Positions 9,931 to 20,454 of a DNA stretch of 64,000 nucleotides are shown piece by piece. The stretch comes from Acidobacteriota bacterium (GTDB lineage Bacteria; Acidobacteriota; UBA890; WLXD01). The translations under genes and the position numbers were made by a program. The notes below the pieces were generated by a model. The model ran no database searches and had not been told where the DNA came from. It saw only the letters and a list, made by a program, of their open reading frames with translations. Every line of letters begins with the position of its first letter. The first letter of the stretch is position 1. The stretch is from the NCBI GenBank assembly GCA_963666055.2, contig CAXWPH010000013.1:15406-79405 (forward strand), in the 5' to 3' direction.

Positions 9931-12557
9931 CAGGAGCCGCCTGTCGGCACCAGCCGCTTCAATTCCTCGAACCAGTTGACCAGAACCTGCAGCTTCGGCA
10001 CCGGGCCGTCCTTCACCATCAGGAACCTCTGTCCATCCGGGTAGACGTCGTAGTTGAAGGCCCAGTCGATGTATCCATAGCTATAGTCACCGCGAAAAAG
10101 CAGCTCGGGGTCGCCTGGGTTGAAGGTCGCGCCAGCCTCATAGGGGACGACCCACATTTCGTCATTGTTCCGGTAGAACAACTCCGCGCCGGCGCGCGAC
10201 CAGGCGGGCTCCTTGCCACCACCGATTGAAACCAGCACGGGCGCGCCGCCCTGCGGGTAAGGGACGACCCAAATCTGATCGAGCCCTGAGCGGTCGGAAG
10301 TGTAGGCAAGCCATCGGCCATCCGGGGAGAACTTCGCCCCGCGCTCGTTGTACTCGCCGACGAGGAATTCCTGCAGATCGTGTTCCTGGCCATCGCCCAT
10401 CGGCAGCAGGAGAACGTCCCGCTGATTGTTGGGACCTTGCTCGATAGCAAGAGTGCCGTCGGCGGACCAGGAACTCGGAATGGTGCGAACATTGCTCTCG
10501 AATGTCAGTTGTTCCACGCCCCCGCTTCCGTCGGCACGGACGCGAAACGTATTAATACCTGTGGGGGAGAAGGAAACAAAGGCGACCCATTCTCCATCCG
10601 GACTCCACACTGGCCAGGTTGCGAGCCCTGTGCCGGGGCGGTAGAGCGGTATACGGCGTCCACCAGCATCGAGATCAAGGCTGTAGATACCTGAGCCACC
10701 ACCCCGCGGAATGCGAGCGTACGCAACCCTGGAGCCGCTCGGCGAAAACTGTGGCTGCACCCATCCCGCGTCCTGCGCAGCATAAGCGGGCGTCGGGTTG
10801 CCATCGCGGTCCAACGTAACCAGCGATGATTCGACCAGTTGGGTCGCAGCCTCCAGATAGACGAGATGGCCACTGTCGGCCACCCCGTAATGCGCGCCGC
10901 CATAGAACACCCACTGCACTTCGGCCACTACCTCAACAGCATCGCCCAGCACATCTCCCGAGGCGATGTCGAAGGCCACCGCCGACAAGGCTCCGCCTCG
11001 CCGAAAGAGGAGATGCCCCGTTGACGTGTAGGCCGCCGCGGATCCGTCGAGCAAGATCGTCGTGATGCCATCGGCCAGTGAAAGGTGCGCCACCTGTGAG
11101 CGATCATCGCTGCCCCCCGAGATAGTGAACAAGATCGATTCTCCCCCGGGCAGGAAGTGAGGCCAGACATGGACCGTCCCCTCGTCTCCCGGGGGCACGG
11201 CGTAGATGATTTCGCCCTTCGGTCCCCAGGTCGCGCCCACCGCTTCAGGCGTTTCACAAATAGCCTCGCGCCTACCTCCCTGTATGGGGACTTTCCACAG
11301 CACACCTTGGGCATGGAAGCCGAGCCACTCGGAGTTGGGTGAGAAAAACTGATATTCGCCTCCCGTCGTCCCCTCGACTTCGTACACGTTCGGATGGTCC
11401 AGCGCGCGCGCGTAGATGACTTGGTTTCCCTCTCCGTTAACGCCCGTGTACGCGATGAACCGACCGTCAGACGACAGCGCCGAGGAGGCACCGACCGACA
11501 GGATGCCCGGCATCTCGACTTCGTAGTGTTCCGTGGGTAGGGGTGGCGGGGGTAGCGATTGCGCAAAGAACACGCCAGCGAGAGCGGCGAAGACACCGGC
11601 AACGGCCCATGGGAGCACACGCGCCCCTGAGACCACCCACGCAGGATCCGTTACCTCTGCCGTAGCGTCGTGCGCAGAACGTGCGGTGCCCGACTCCACC
11701 TCAAGGGCGATTGCCTTCAGGTCCACTGCGAGATCGCCGGCACCCTGGTAGCGACCACCGGGCTCCTTCGCCACGCTCTTTCGGATGATGCGTTGTAGCT
11801 CGTCGGGCAGTGACGGATCAGACTCCTGAATCGGCGTTGGGTCATCGTGTTGGATGTGTGCCAGCGTTTCGGCGATACTGCGACCGGCGAACGCCCGTAC
11901 ACCGCTCACCATCTCGTAGAGCACGCAGCCGAAGGCGAACAGATCGGCCCGATGGTCGATCTTGTCGGAGCCCTCCACCTGCTCCGGTGCCATGTAGCCG
12001 GCTGTACCCATCACCTGCCCGGCGACCGTCCCCATCATCGTGGGTGACTGCGTCGCACCGCCCGGTGAGCCTGCCCCCGCCACCTCGGTGAGCTTTGCCA
12101 GGCCGAAGTCCAGCACCTTGGCGTGCCCTTCCTTGGTGACGAAGATGTTCTCCGGCTTCAGATCCCGGTGGATGATCCCGGCAGCGTGAGCTGCCGCCAG
12201 TGCCTCGGCGATCTCGGTGGCCAACCCGAGCGCCTTCTTGAGCGGCAGCGCACCCTTCTGTAGCGGCTCCCGCAGCGTGTCTCCTTCCAGGTACTCCTGC
12301 ACCATGAAGTGGGTGTCGCCTTCGGTGCCGATATCGTGAACGACCGCGATGTGCGGATGGTTCAGGGCGGCGGCAGCACGGGCTTCCTGCTCGAAGCGGG
12401 CGAGGCGCTCGGGGTCAGAGGCGAACTCAGCAGGCAGCACCTTGATGGCCACCTTGCGGCCCAGGCGCGTGTCCTGCGCCAGGTACACCTCGCCCATGCC
12501 GCCAGCACCGAGCTGCTCGGTGATCTCGTAGGGGCCTAGTTTGGTGCCGGGTTCCAT
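9930..12557 (-). CDS. Ser/Thr kinase-TM-PD40/TolB beta-propeller protein
   Basis: [10 protein letters not shown] start, [20 protein letters not shown] repeats, [12 protein letters not shown] tail; apparent short internal deletion near 11190 relative to its paralog. Confidence 0.92.
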   Translation of the reverse strand: MEPGTKLGPYEITEQLGAGGMGEVYLAQDTRLGRKVAIKVLPAEFASDPERLARFEQEARAAAALNHPHIAVVHDIGTEGDTHFMVQEYLEGDTLREPLQKGALPLKKALGLATEIAEALAAAHAAGIIHRDLKPENIFVTKEGHAKVLDFGLAKLTEVAGAGSPGGATQSPTMMGTVAGQVMGTAGYMAPEQVEGSDKIDHRADLFAFGCVLYEMVSGVRAFAGRSIAETLAHIQHDDPTPIQESDPSLPDELQRIIRKSVAKEPGGRYQGAGDLAVDLKAIALEVESGTARSAHDATAEVTDPAWVVSGARVLPWAVAGVFAALAGVFFAQSLPPPPLPTEHYEVEMPGILSVGASSALSSDGRFIAYTGVNGEGNQVIYARALDHPNVYEVEGTTGGEYQFFSPNSEWLGFHAQGVLWKVPIQGGRREAICETPEAVGATWGPKGEIIYAVPPGDEGTVHVWPHFLPGGESILFTISGGSDDRSQVAHLSLADGITTILLDGSAAAYTSTGHLLFRRGGALSAVAFDIASGDVLGDAVEVVAEVQWVFYGGAHYGVADSGHLVYLEAATQLVESSLVTLDRDGNPTPAYAAQDAGWVQPQFSPSGSRVAYARIPRGGGSGIYSLDLDAGGRRIPLYRPGTGLATWPVWSPDGEWVAFVSFSPTGINTFRVRADGSGGVEQLTFESNVRTIPSSWSADGTLAIEQGPNNQRDVLLLPMGDGQEHDLQEFLVGEYNERGAKFSPDGRWLAYTSDRSGLDQIWVVPYPQGGAPVLVSIGGGKEPAWSRAGAELFYRNNDEMWVVPYEAGATFNPGDPELLFRGDYSYGYIDWAFNYDVYPDGQRFLMVKDGPVPKLQVLVNWFEELKRLVPTGGS

Positions 12558-12887
12558 GGCGCTCCCGAAGCAGGGAGGGGGTGAGCGCCTGAAGCGTATC
12601 GCTGGAGGGGGCGAGATCCAACGAAGGCCGCGGATAGGGAGCGTTGCGCGCTCTACCGCCCGTATCCGTATCGAGCCGTCGTTGCCCTCACCCACTCTCG
12701 AGCGCCGGGAATCACAGCGCCCGCTGATCTCCGACCTGCCCGGCGGAGACACGCTCCCCGGCCGATCTCGCGCTCCATGTCCCCGCATTCAACGCTTCCG
12801 AGTGGTCACGGAGTCCCGGTGACTGAGTTCAACTCGGTGATGGCACTGCGTAAGAAGCTGCGGAAGCGGATATCGGTGCCGGCCTAG

Positions 12888-13790
12888 CTAGGTCGCTTGA
12901 GGCCGATGAGGCGCTTGTATTCGGCAGTGCGCGTTGCCTTTGATAATGCCTTCGTAGGCCCGGTGATTCTTGTAATGGACCTTCTCGCCGGGCAGTTTGG
13001 GCTTGCGATCACACGCGAACCGCGCCGACTCGCACTCAAGCTCAGAAACGGAAGCTCGCTTACCGTCCGGGCTTCTTCGCAGCTTTGCCACGACTCGAGC
13101 CCATCCGTTCCGCGAAAACGTTCCCACGTACCGGCCTTTTTTCTGTGGCACCGAATCGGGAACGTGTCCGAAACAGTAGCGGATCTTGGGGCCTTGGATC
13201 GAGGCTCTGGCAGCCCTAAGCATCCGGGGCGAGAAGACCCTCTTCGCACATCTCTGTCACCACGTCGTCCACGAAGGCGAACGGGATGCCAAGCATGCGG
13301 GCGATGATCTCGGAGTCGAGATCACCTGGATTGATCGTCACCATCTCCAAGATCGCAAGCCGGAGCTGGCGTGTACGACAAACTGCAGTAGCGCTCCCAG
13401 GGATGGGCCGTGTGACTACACTAGTTGCGTCGGAGGTCGCCTCCTGTTCGGCGTCTCCCGTCCAGGCCGCCCAGGAATTGCCAACCGGATGAAACTGCGA
13501 GGTATCGTCTTCTTGGTAGAGCATGATCAGTGACTCGTGTCGTCTTCGGTAAGACGGAGATTCTCTGGCGACTCGACTGCCAGCACGTTCTGTGACCGAA
13601 CGTTGTAGATCGGGTTGCCAGTGTCGTCGTACATCCCGTCAATTCGAGCAACCTGTACCACGACGGTGCGCATCGTCAAAGTGGTGCCGTCTTCGAGTTT
13701 ATAGACGTTGGCATGCTCATCGAATTCCGTAACGGCGACGGTTTCGGCGTCGACGGTCTGACCCTGGAAAACGACCTTGGACGATGGCAT
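12888..13790 (-). CDS. Three closely coupled small hypothetical genes (13527-13790, 13216-13524 with wHTH-like C-terminus, 12888-13223)
   Basis: Stop/start adjacency or overlap; lower GC; third ORF uncertain. Confidence 0.5.
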
Positions 13791-14119
13791 GCGGGGCGGG
13801 TTGTAGTCACACGGCGTGCGGGGTGTATCTCCGATACGCAACAATTCTTGCCTACAAATGTTGCGTACGCCTATACATTATTGCCGGAAGCTACCCGAAA
13901 CTGCTAGCAGATACCAGCGAGTCACGCGGGTCACGGCCGGACTCCCCCCCCCCCCCCCCAAAGATGCCTCCGTGCTGCCTGTCGCTGGGAGGCGAGACGA
14001 AGCAACACGCGCAGCACAAACCGCACAAGAGCCGAAGCGAATCGTGCGTGCGATGATTCAGTGCATCCCAACGTCCCCGACGTGGCAGCCGAGTATCCTG
14101 TAGGGGATTCGGTGGGGGC

Positions 14120-14698
14120 GTGTTTCCTCTGTCAATGGGATTCTCTGGATTGCCCAAGTTCGACCCGACGCGAGCTCCATCTCCAAAGACCGAGGCTCTC
14201 GCCCTGGAAGGCTACGGGGCCGATCCCACCTCGCCGGCCATTCGCACGTTCGCCTACCTCGTCGCACAGGGCGAATCACTAGCCCGTGCGTATTCCCGCC
14301 TGTTTCCGAGTGCGAGCCCGAGCACGGCCTCTAGCCAAGGGTCAGTCTTGGCGGCCCATCCGAAGGTGAGGGAGATGATCGTCGCAGCCGGACTCCCGGC
14401 CCCGGAACATGTCCGCGCCCTGGTGCCGGCGGCCATCGAGACGCTAGCGGCCGGCCTCGACAGTCCGAGCGCCTCAGCCAGGCAGAGAGCCGCCGACTCC
14501 ATCTTGGACCGTGGCGGCGTACCTCGAGCCTCACAGACCCATGTGGACGTGCGGCAAGAGATCGCGCTGTCGGGCCGGGCGCTGCTGGAGGTGGCGGCCT
14601 CGGTCGCACCGCCGCCGTTGCCTCGGGCGGCCCGTCGTCGCGAGATGTCGCCGGCGTTCGACCTCGAGGACCAGGCGGACTCAGAGACGGAGCTCTAG
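14120..14698 (+). CDS. Terminase small subunit-like protein
   Basis: LARAYSRLF..SQGSVLAAHPKVREMI HTH-like segment and AIETL...ARQRAADSILDRGG resemble TerS-like proteins; mobile-element context. Confidence 0.5.
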   Translation: MFPLSMGFSGLPKFDPTRAPSPKTEALALEGYGADPTSPAIRTFAYLVAQGESLARAYSRLFPSASPSTASSQGSVLAAHPKVREMIVAAGLPAPEHVRALVPAAIETLAAGLDSPSASARQRAADSILDRGGVPRASQTHVDVRQEIALSGRALLEVAASVAPPPLPRAARRREMSPAFDLEDQADSETEL

Positions 14699-15234
14699 GG
14701 GCGCCCCGACCGCAGCTTCCATAAGACTCGTTATCCAAGCCCAAGAGTCGGATAACCTTGGCTACCAAGATTCCAATTCGCCACGAACGAGCACATGGGG
14801 GCTGACTACTGATGCTCCAAGAAGTCCCGGTAGCGCCGCCGCCGCTGCTCGTGGCCGCGGCGACGTTCCGGCCGGTCTGGCGTGTCTGGTGGCGCGGCGC
14901 GGGGATTATCGCCTACCTGCCGTTTGCTTCCGACAGAGTGCCCGAGCGGCTAGAGGAACTCGCCGAGCTGTGCAGATTGCTCGAAGCGGAGATCGATAGA
15001 CGGTGCAACGCGGACGCTAGGTAACGACGCCGACCGATTCGGGAGGGGGGGGGGGGGGGGGGGGGGGTACCGGGCCGGCCGGGGCCCCTGGGCCTCAGGG
15101 TATCCGTGCCCCCGCCATTACATTTGCGAAACCGTCGTAAGCGGACACGCGGGCATGTGAGCATGTGGTCCGCGTCAGTCACTGTTGATTCCCCTCTACG
15201 GTATCTGGATACCTGGCGCGGACGAAGTAGCGCG

Positions 15235-15879
15235 TTAACTTTGCCGCTTCGCCCGTTCTCGAGATCGGCGCTTTGCACGACGGAAGTAATCCGGGTCCTC
15301 TGCACGCCGCCGTTCATTGTTCGCGCGTTGTCGGCAGGAGGACCGGCAAAATTGCTGACGCTGCGATGGCCTCGCGATCTGTCGGTCTTCGATGAAGAAG
15401 TTATTGCACTCGTTGCGCGCACATACGTGAATCTCGAGGATTCGGTTAGTCGCGCCGTCGACGATCAGGGCGAGCCCCATATGGAACGCCTCGATGGACA
15501 TACCGTTCCTGAGGACCTCGTCCGTGAGCAGGTCGGTCGCTGCGTCGAACTTAGCCTCCAGACCACGGAGTTCCTTGATAGCCGTAAGCGTCGCGGTCGC
15601 GTGCCCCTCGCTGATCGTAAGACGATCATCTAGGCTCCCCGTCCTGTGGGGCAACCACGGCTTGGGGAGTCCCAGCGACCACTGGGTGAAGCTTTGAAGG
15701 AATTCCAGTAGCTCAGCTACTCGGGAGTGGATCTCCGCGACGTCTGATCGCTCGAATCTAAGGTCCACCCCCGCAGCACGACAGCGCGTTTGGTAGCTGT
15801 TCCAAACGTGCTCCGGCTCCGTGTTGGCGAAGGCAAGCACGCGCCGAATCGGCGCATAGTCCCGAGGCCGGTTCTTCAA
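15235..15879 (-). CDS. CGNR-type zinc finger protein
   Basis: C-terminal CARNECNNFF...QFCRSSCRQRANNERRR; divergent from the replication operon. Confidence 0.6.
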   Translation of the reverse strand: MKNRPRDYAPIRRVLAFANTEPEHVWNSYQTRCRAAGVDLRFERSDVAEIHSRVAELLEFLQSFTQWSLGLPKPWLPHRTGSLDDRLTISEGHATATLTAIKELRGLEAKFDAATDLLTDEVLRNGMSIEAFHMGLALIVDGATNRILEIHVCARNECNNFFIEDRQIARPSQRQQFCRSSCRQRANNERRRAEDPDYFRRAKRRSRERAKRQS

Positions 15880-16054
15880 GGGGTTCTCCCTATCGATGTC
15901 AAATCGGATAAGTTATTATGGCACTTGACCTTTTTTGGCACAAGGATTTGAAGCGTCGACTCTAGCCAGACCCGTTCAAGATGTTCCATACGACTCCATC
16001 TACAAAGGACCGGCGCGGGTGGGGAGAAGCAACCTGAGCGCCAGCAAACGCTCC

Positions 16055-17548
16055 ATGCCGCACGACCCGCAGGCCGAGGAGGCAATCCTCGGCAGCATCC
16101 TGCTCGAAAACGGCGCGTTCGTCGCCGCCGTTGGTGCGGGTCTGACCGGCGACGACTTCTTCGGCGACGGTAGCCTCTCGATCTGGGAGGCGATGCTGGC
16201 GCTCTACCAGCGCGATGAGCCCATCGACAACATCACGCTACGTGCCGAGCTGGATCGACGGGGTGATCTTGAACGAGTCGGTGGCCAGGCGCGCATCTCG
16301 TCCCTGATCGATGGCTTGCCGGCAGTAGCGAACGTGGCCGACTACGTCCGCATCGTAAAAAACCATGCGGTGTGCCGGCATCTGGCACGAGTGTGTTTCG
16401 AGACGGGGACGAAGGCGCTCGAAGGCGGGCAAGACCCTGCTGGCCTCGGCGCGCGGCTTCGTGGTCATTTAGACGCCATCGCCGTTGTGGGTGATTGGCG
16501 GTCAGATCTGGAGATTTGCTCGCTCGCGTCGATCCTCGAAGACCCCGAGGCGCTGTGCGGCCCGAGCGTGGTCGTTCCTCGGCTCGCGTGGGCGGGTCGC
16601 GTGACGCTGCTGGCAGCACGGGAGAAGGAAGGCAAATCCACGTTGGTGTCGGGAGCGGCCTCCGCTGTCACGAATGGCGCGTTCTGGCTCGATGCCGTGG
16701 CACCGAGAGGGAAGGTGATGTGGATCTGCGTGGAGGAGCACAAGAACGACCTGGGCAAACGTCTCGAAGAGTTCGGCGCGGATCCTCAGATCGACGTGGT
16801 CAGCGTGAAACATGGGGCGCGAGATCCTCTCGCCGCCATCCACTCGGCAGTCGCGGAGCGTCGGCCAGCGCTGGTAATCATCGACACGCTCTCGACTTTG
16901 GTGGCGCATTGCGCCGACAGCCCTGACCCCGGTAACTCGGCCGCGTGGGTAGCGATCATGTCGGCGCTCACCCGGATCGCCAGGGACACGAACGCTGCGC
17001 TTATCCTGATCCATCACGCTCGAAAGTCCGACGGCAAGTACCGCGATAGCAGCGCCATTGGCGCTGGTGTAGACGCGATCATCGAGATGTCTGTGAAAAG
17101 CGGCGACGGTAACGCTCGGAACCTCCAAGTCAGAGCACGGTGGCGCGTCGACGACTACTCCATACGCCTCGTCGACCATCGGTACGAACTCATTTCCGGC
17201 CCGCTTGAGGCGAGAGTTCTCCAACACGTCTCCCGGCACCCCGGCTGCTCAATGCGTGCGCTGCGGGAAGCTGTGGGTGGACGCACTGCCGCTATCGGTG
17301 AGGCAGTAGAGCAGTTGATCGACAACGAGGATCTTGAGAACCGAGGCGACAAGAAGTCCATGCGGCTGCATGCCGTAGGTGGTTCCCAGCCCCGGAACCA
17401 CCCCCATGAGGAGGTGGTTCCCGATAGTGGTTCCGCCCTGGTTCCACGGGCAAGTCAGCCGGAACCGGGCGTGGTTCCCCCCCGCCAACCCCTATGGGTT
17501 GGCAGGGGAACCGCCCCGGCCCCTGACTCCGACGTGATTGAACTATGA
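16055..17548 (+). CDS. Replication protein: DnaB N-terminal domain fused to AAA_25/RepA-type helicase and C-terminal wHTH
   Basis: PHDPQAEEAILGSILL (DnaB_N); Walker A AREKEGKS; Walker B LVIIDTL; LIHHARK; RDSSAI. Confidence 0.85.
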   Translation: MPHDPQAEEAILGSILLENGAFVAAVGAGLTGDDFFGDGSLSIWEAMLALYQRDEPIDNITLRAELDRRGDLERVGGQARISSLIDGLPAVANVADYVRIVKNHAVCRHLARVCFETGTKALEGGQDPAGLGARLRGHLDAIAVVGDWRSDLEICSLASILEDPEALCGPSVVVPRLAWAGRVTLLAAREKEGKSTLVSGAASAVTNGAFWLDAVAPRGKVMWICVEEHKNDLGKRLEEFGADPQIDVVSVKHGARDPLAAIHSAVAERRPALVIIDTLSTLVAHCADSPDPGNSAAWVAIMSALTRIARDTNAALILIHHARKSDGKYRDSSAIGAGVDAIIEMSVKSGDGNARNLQVRARWRVDDYSIRLVDHRYELISGPLEARVLQHVSRHPGCSMRALREAVGGRTAAIGEAVEQLIDNEDLENRGDKKSMRLHAVGGSQPRNHPHEEVVPDSGSALVPRASQPEPGVVPPRQPLWVGRGTAPAPDSDVIEL

Positions 17549-17859
17549 GCCCCACCGAGCTTCTGGAGCAGGTCCGACTCAGTGGGGTTGAGATTTGGGC
17601 GGTGGATGATCGGTTACTGCTCAAGCCTGCCTCGCGGCTCACTCCAGAACTCGTCGACTGTCTTCGCTCCCACAAGCCCGAGCTGCTCGTGGAGATCCGC
17701 TCGCGTGAGCGTGAACAGGCTGGAGACGTAGGGCCGTGGGCGCTCCGCGGTGTTACCCGTCACTGCTTCTCCTGCGGTGGCGGATTGCAGCCGGATGACC
17801 TCGATGACGAGGCTTGCTTTAGCTGCCGCTGGCCCGGCGCTTCGCTGAGGGTCCAGTGA
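17545..17859 (+). CDS. Small satellite/phage protein with TubC-N-like domain and Cys pairs
   Basis: LLEQVRLSGVEIWAVDDRLLLKP...LRSHKPELL; CFSC/CFSC; coupled to the rep gene. Confidence 0.6.
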   Translation: MSPTELLEQVRLSGVEIWAVDDRLLLKPASRLTPELVDCLRSHKPELLVEIRSREREQAGDVGPWALRGVTRHCFSCGGGLQPDDLDDEACFSCRWPGASLRVQ

Positions 17860-17956
17860 ATATGTCGGCGGTGTGCAGCCTGCTGCTCGTGGTCGGCGAC
17901 GACATCGGGCACGAGATCGATTTCGAGGAGATGGCGCCGGCGCGGGGCAGGGTAGC

Positions 17957-18190
17957 GTGACCGAGCCGGCAAAGGTCCTCCGTCACCCTAACTCGCCGGT
18001 GGAGCATCTCGTCGACGCGCAGGCGGTCGCCAACTGGCTCGGTGTGGAAGCGAACACGGTCCAGAAGTGGGCCTCGAAGCGGAAGATTCCACATCGGAAG
18101 ATCAACGGCGTGGTCCGATACATGATGTCTGAGGTAGTCTCCTGGGCACTTGAGGATTGCGACAGGCCGGTCAGGGGGGCAGGTCGATGA
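17957..18190 (+). CDS. Excisionase-like HTH protein
   Basis: VANWLGVEANTVQKWASKRKIPHRKING; paralog of 49254-49502; overlaps the integrase start. Confidence 0.8.
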   Translation: MTEPAKVLRHPNSPVEHLVDAQAVANWLGVEANTVQKWASKRKIPHRKINGVVRYMMSEVVSWALEDCDRPVRGAGR

Positions 18191-19626
18191 CGATCGAACG
18201 CTGGCGCACAAAGAAGGACGCCAAGCGTTTCCGTGCACGCCTCGTCCATCAAGGTGCCGTGATCCACGGTCGGGTTCGCAACGCGGAATGGCAGGCGCTA
18301 GAGGACGAGGCAGCGCTGAAGAAGGCCCGCGATCAGGGTACGCTCGGCGACGACTACGGACAGAATCGCATTCCCACGTTTGCTGAGGCGGCCAAGGAGT
18401 ATCTCGCGCACTGTGCCGCCCGCGTCGAGCAGGGCGACGAGGCGCCAAGGACGTACGATGCCAAGGCGACCCACCTTGAGCTGGTGTTGCTGCCCCGGTT
18501 CGGACCGCAGCGGCTAGATGAGATCACCGTCGACCAGGTCGAGGTTGTAAAGCGGTGGCTGTACCGCAACAAGTCGGGGCCGACGGCGAACCGCTATCTC
18601 GCGACCCTCTCGGGCCTGTTCAAGTTCTACCGCAGGCGAGTGACCAGCCCGGTCGCCGGCGTCACGCGGTACGAGGAGAACACGGACGCCTGGCAGGCTC
18701 CGTCGCGGCCGACGGTGGAGCACATCATCGGTGTGGCGAGGCAGAGCGGGTCACGGCATCTGGCGCCCATTGTCCTGCTCTGCTTCGAGATCGCAGCCCG
18801 CATCGATGAGATCCGGCCGCTGCGGTGGGAAGCGATTGACTTCGATTGGTGCGATCGCAGCGGAACCCGTCGGGGGATCATCACCTGGGAGCGCACCAAG
18901 GCCGGGAAGCGGCAGACGGGGCCGCTGAGTTTACGGGCTCGCGAGGAACTGCTTGAGCAGCGGATGCGGGTCGGTAACAGCGACTGGTGCTTCCCGAGCC
19001 CCGTGCAGGATGCACCGATCTCCTACTTCGCGATCAACGAAGCCTGGCACCGGGTTCTCGTGAAGGCCAGGGTGCCGCCCATGCGTATTCACACGATCGT
19101 GCCCGAGATCCTCGCAGCGTATCCGGCTTTCTCGCCCGACGGCACACGGGTGGCCTTCCAAGGATGGACCTCTGATGCCGGTTATCGTCTGTATTCGGCG
19201 GCAATCGACGGCGCAGGGACCACGATCATACCGACCCCAGAGGGAAGTCCCGGCAACGCGTCGTGGGCACCCGACGGCAATGCTATCTATTATCAGCTGG
19301 ACGATTCGCTCAGCCGCCGGAACATCTGGATGGTCGATCTGGAGAGCGGCGAGTCGCATCAAGTCACGAGCGGAAACGTCGACGATGCCCATCCCGCCGT
19401 GACTCGCGATGGCGAGCTGTTGCTTTTCCTCCGCAACCACCAAGAGATCTACGTCATGCCAACGGCCGGCGGTACGGAGCGGCTCGTTCACTCTTACAGC
19501 GGATACAACCAACTGATTGAGTTGCCTTCATGGTCGCATGATGACACGTCGATTCTTTTCAGCCTTGCCCGACGGACTGGAGACATATTTGCCATCGTCG
19601 GGGCCGATACACGCGATCCACCCTGA
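18187..19626 (+). pseudogene. Tyrosine integrase truncated at the HxxR box and fused in frame to a PD40-repeat C-terminal fragment
   Basis: Homologous to 49504-50637 up to MRIH (~19093), then YPAFSPDG/SWAPDG/PSWS repeats; catalytic Tyr region absent. Confidence 0.85.
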
Positions 19627-19716
19627 GACTCGAACGGCTAATGTCCCGTCGAAGCCTTAACGACTATGGCCAACACCGAAGCTAACCCTTTTGGAACAAA
19701 CATAAGGAGGACTGCC

Positions 19717-20223
19717 GTGCGCAGCGCCGCAGTGTTACTTCTGATCGCGATTGTTGCGGGCTGCTCGCCTGCTGCAGAGGAGCCGGCCGCCGAGGAGGCA
19801 GCCTCGCCCAAAGCCGAGGCCGGCGCCGTCACTGCGCCAGAAGCATCCCTTTATGAGCGGCTCGGCGGTGAAGGTGCGATCGCGGCCGTCGTCGACGAGT
19901 TCATCGACGTGCTCAGTAGCGATGACGTTCTCAACGCGAATCCCGCGATTAAGGAAGCCCGCGACCGGGCCGACCCAGACGAACTGAAGGCCAGCGTCAC
20001 GGCATTGGTGTGCCAGGCGACCGGGGGGCCTCAGGAATACACCGGTCGGTCCATGAAGGAGTCCCATGCAGACATGAACATCAGCGGGACGGAATGGGAT
20101 CAGATGGTCGAGGATTTCATCATGGTCCTCGACGGATTCAACGTGCCGGAGAAAGAACAGAGCGAACTGTTGGAGATCATCGGAAGCACGAAAGCCGACA
20201 TCGTCACGCGACCGAATGACTGA
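19717..20223 (+). CDS. Group I truncated hemoglobin with lipoprotein signal
   Basis: AAGGAGG RBS; IVAGC lipobox; SLYERLGG, YTGRSMKESH. Confidence 0.85.
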   Translation: MRSAAVLLLIAIVAGCSPAAEEPAAEEAASPKAEAGAVTAPEASLYERLGGEGAIAAVVDEFIDVLSSDDVLNANPAIKEARDRADPDELKASVTALVCQATGGPQEYTGRSMKESHADMNISGTEWDQMVEDFIMVLDGFNVPEKEQSELLEIIGSTKADIVTRPND

Positions 20224-20259
20224 TGTCGCGTCATACAGCGGGCCAGTAGCTAGAGCAAC

Positions 20260-20328
20260 AGCGGCTATGTGACGCTCGTCCTCAACTGGTTCGACGAGCT
20301 GAAGCGGCTCGTGCCGACGGACCACTAG
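20260..20328 (+). repeat. Kinase-family 3' end fragment ([22 protein letters not shown])
   Basis: Matches the C-terminal tail of 30432-33155. Confidence 0.88.
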
Positions 20329-20454
20329 CGCCTGTCAAACGGACGAACAGGATCTGCCCCTCGGAGCCCGGGGGTTGGCCAGTTTGGTCGGCGGATGGGA
20401 CAGCGATCTACTATGTAGCCATTCTCCTGGAAAGCTCGGTATGGAGGTCGTCTC

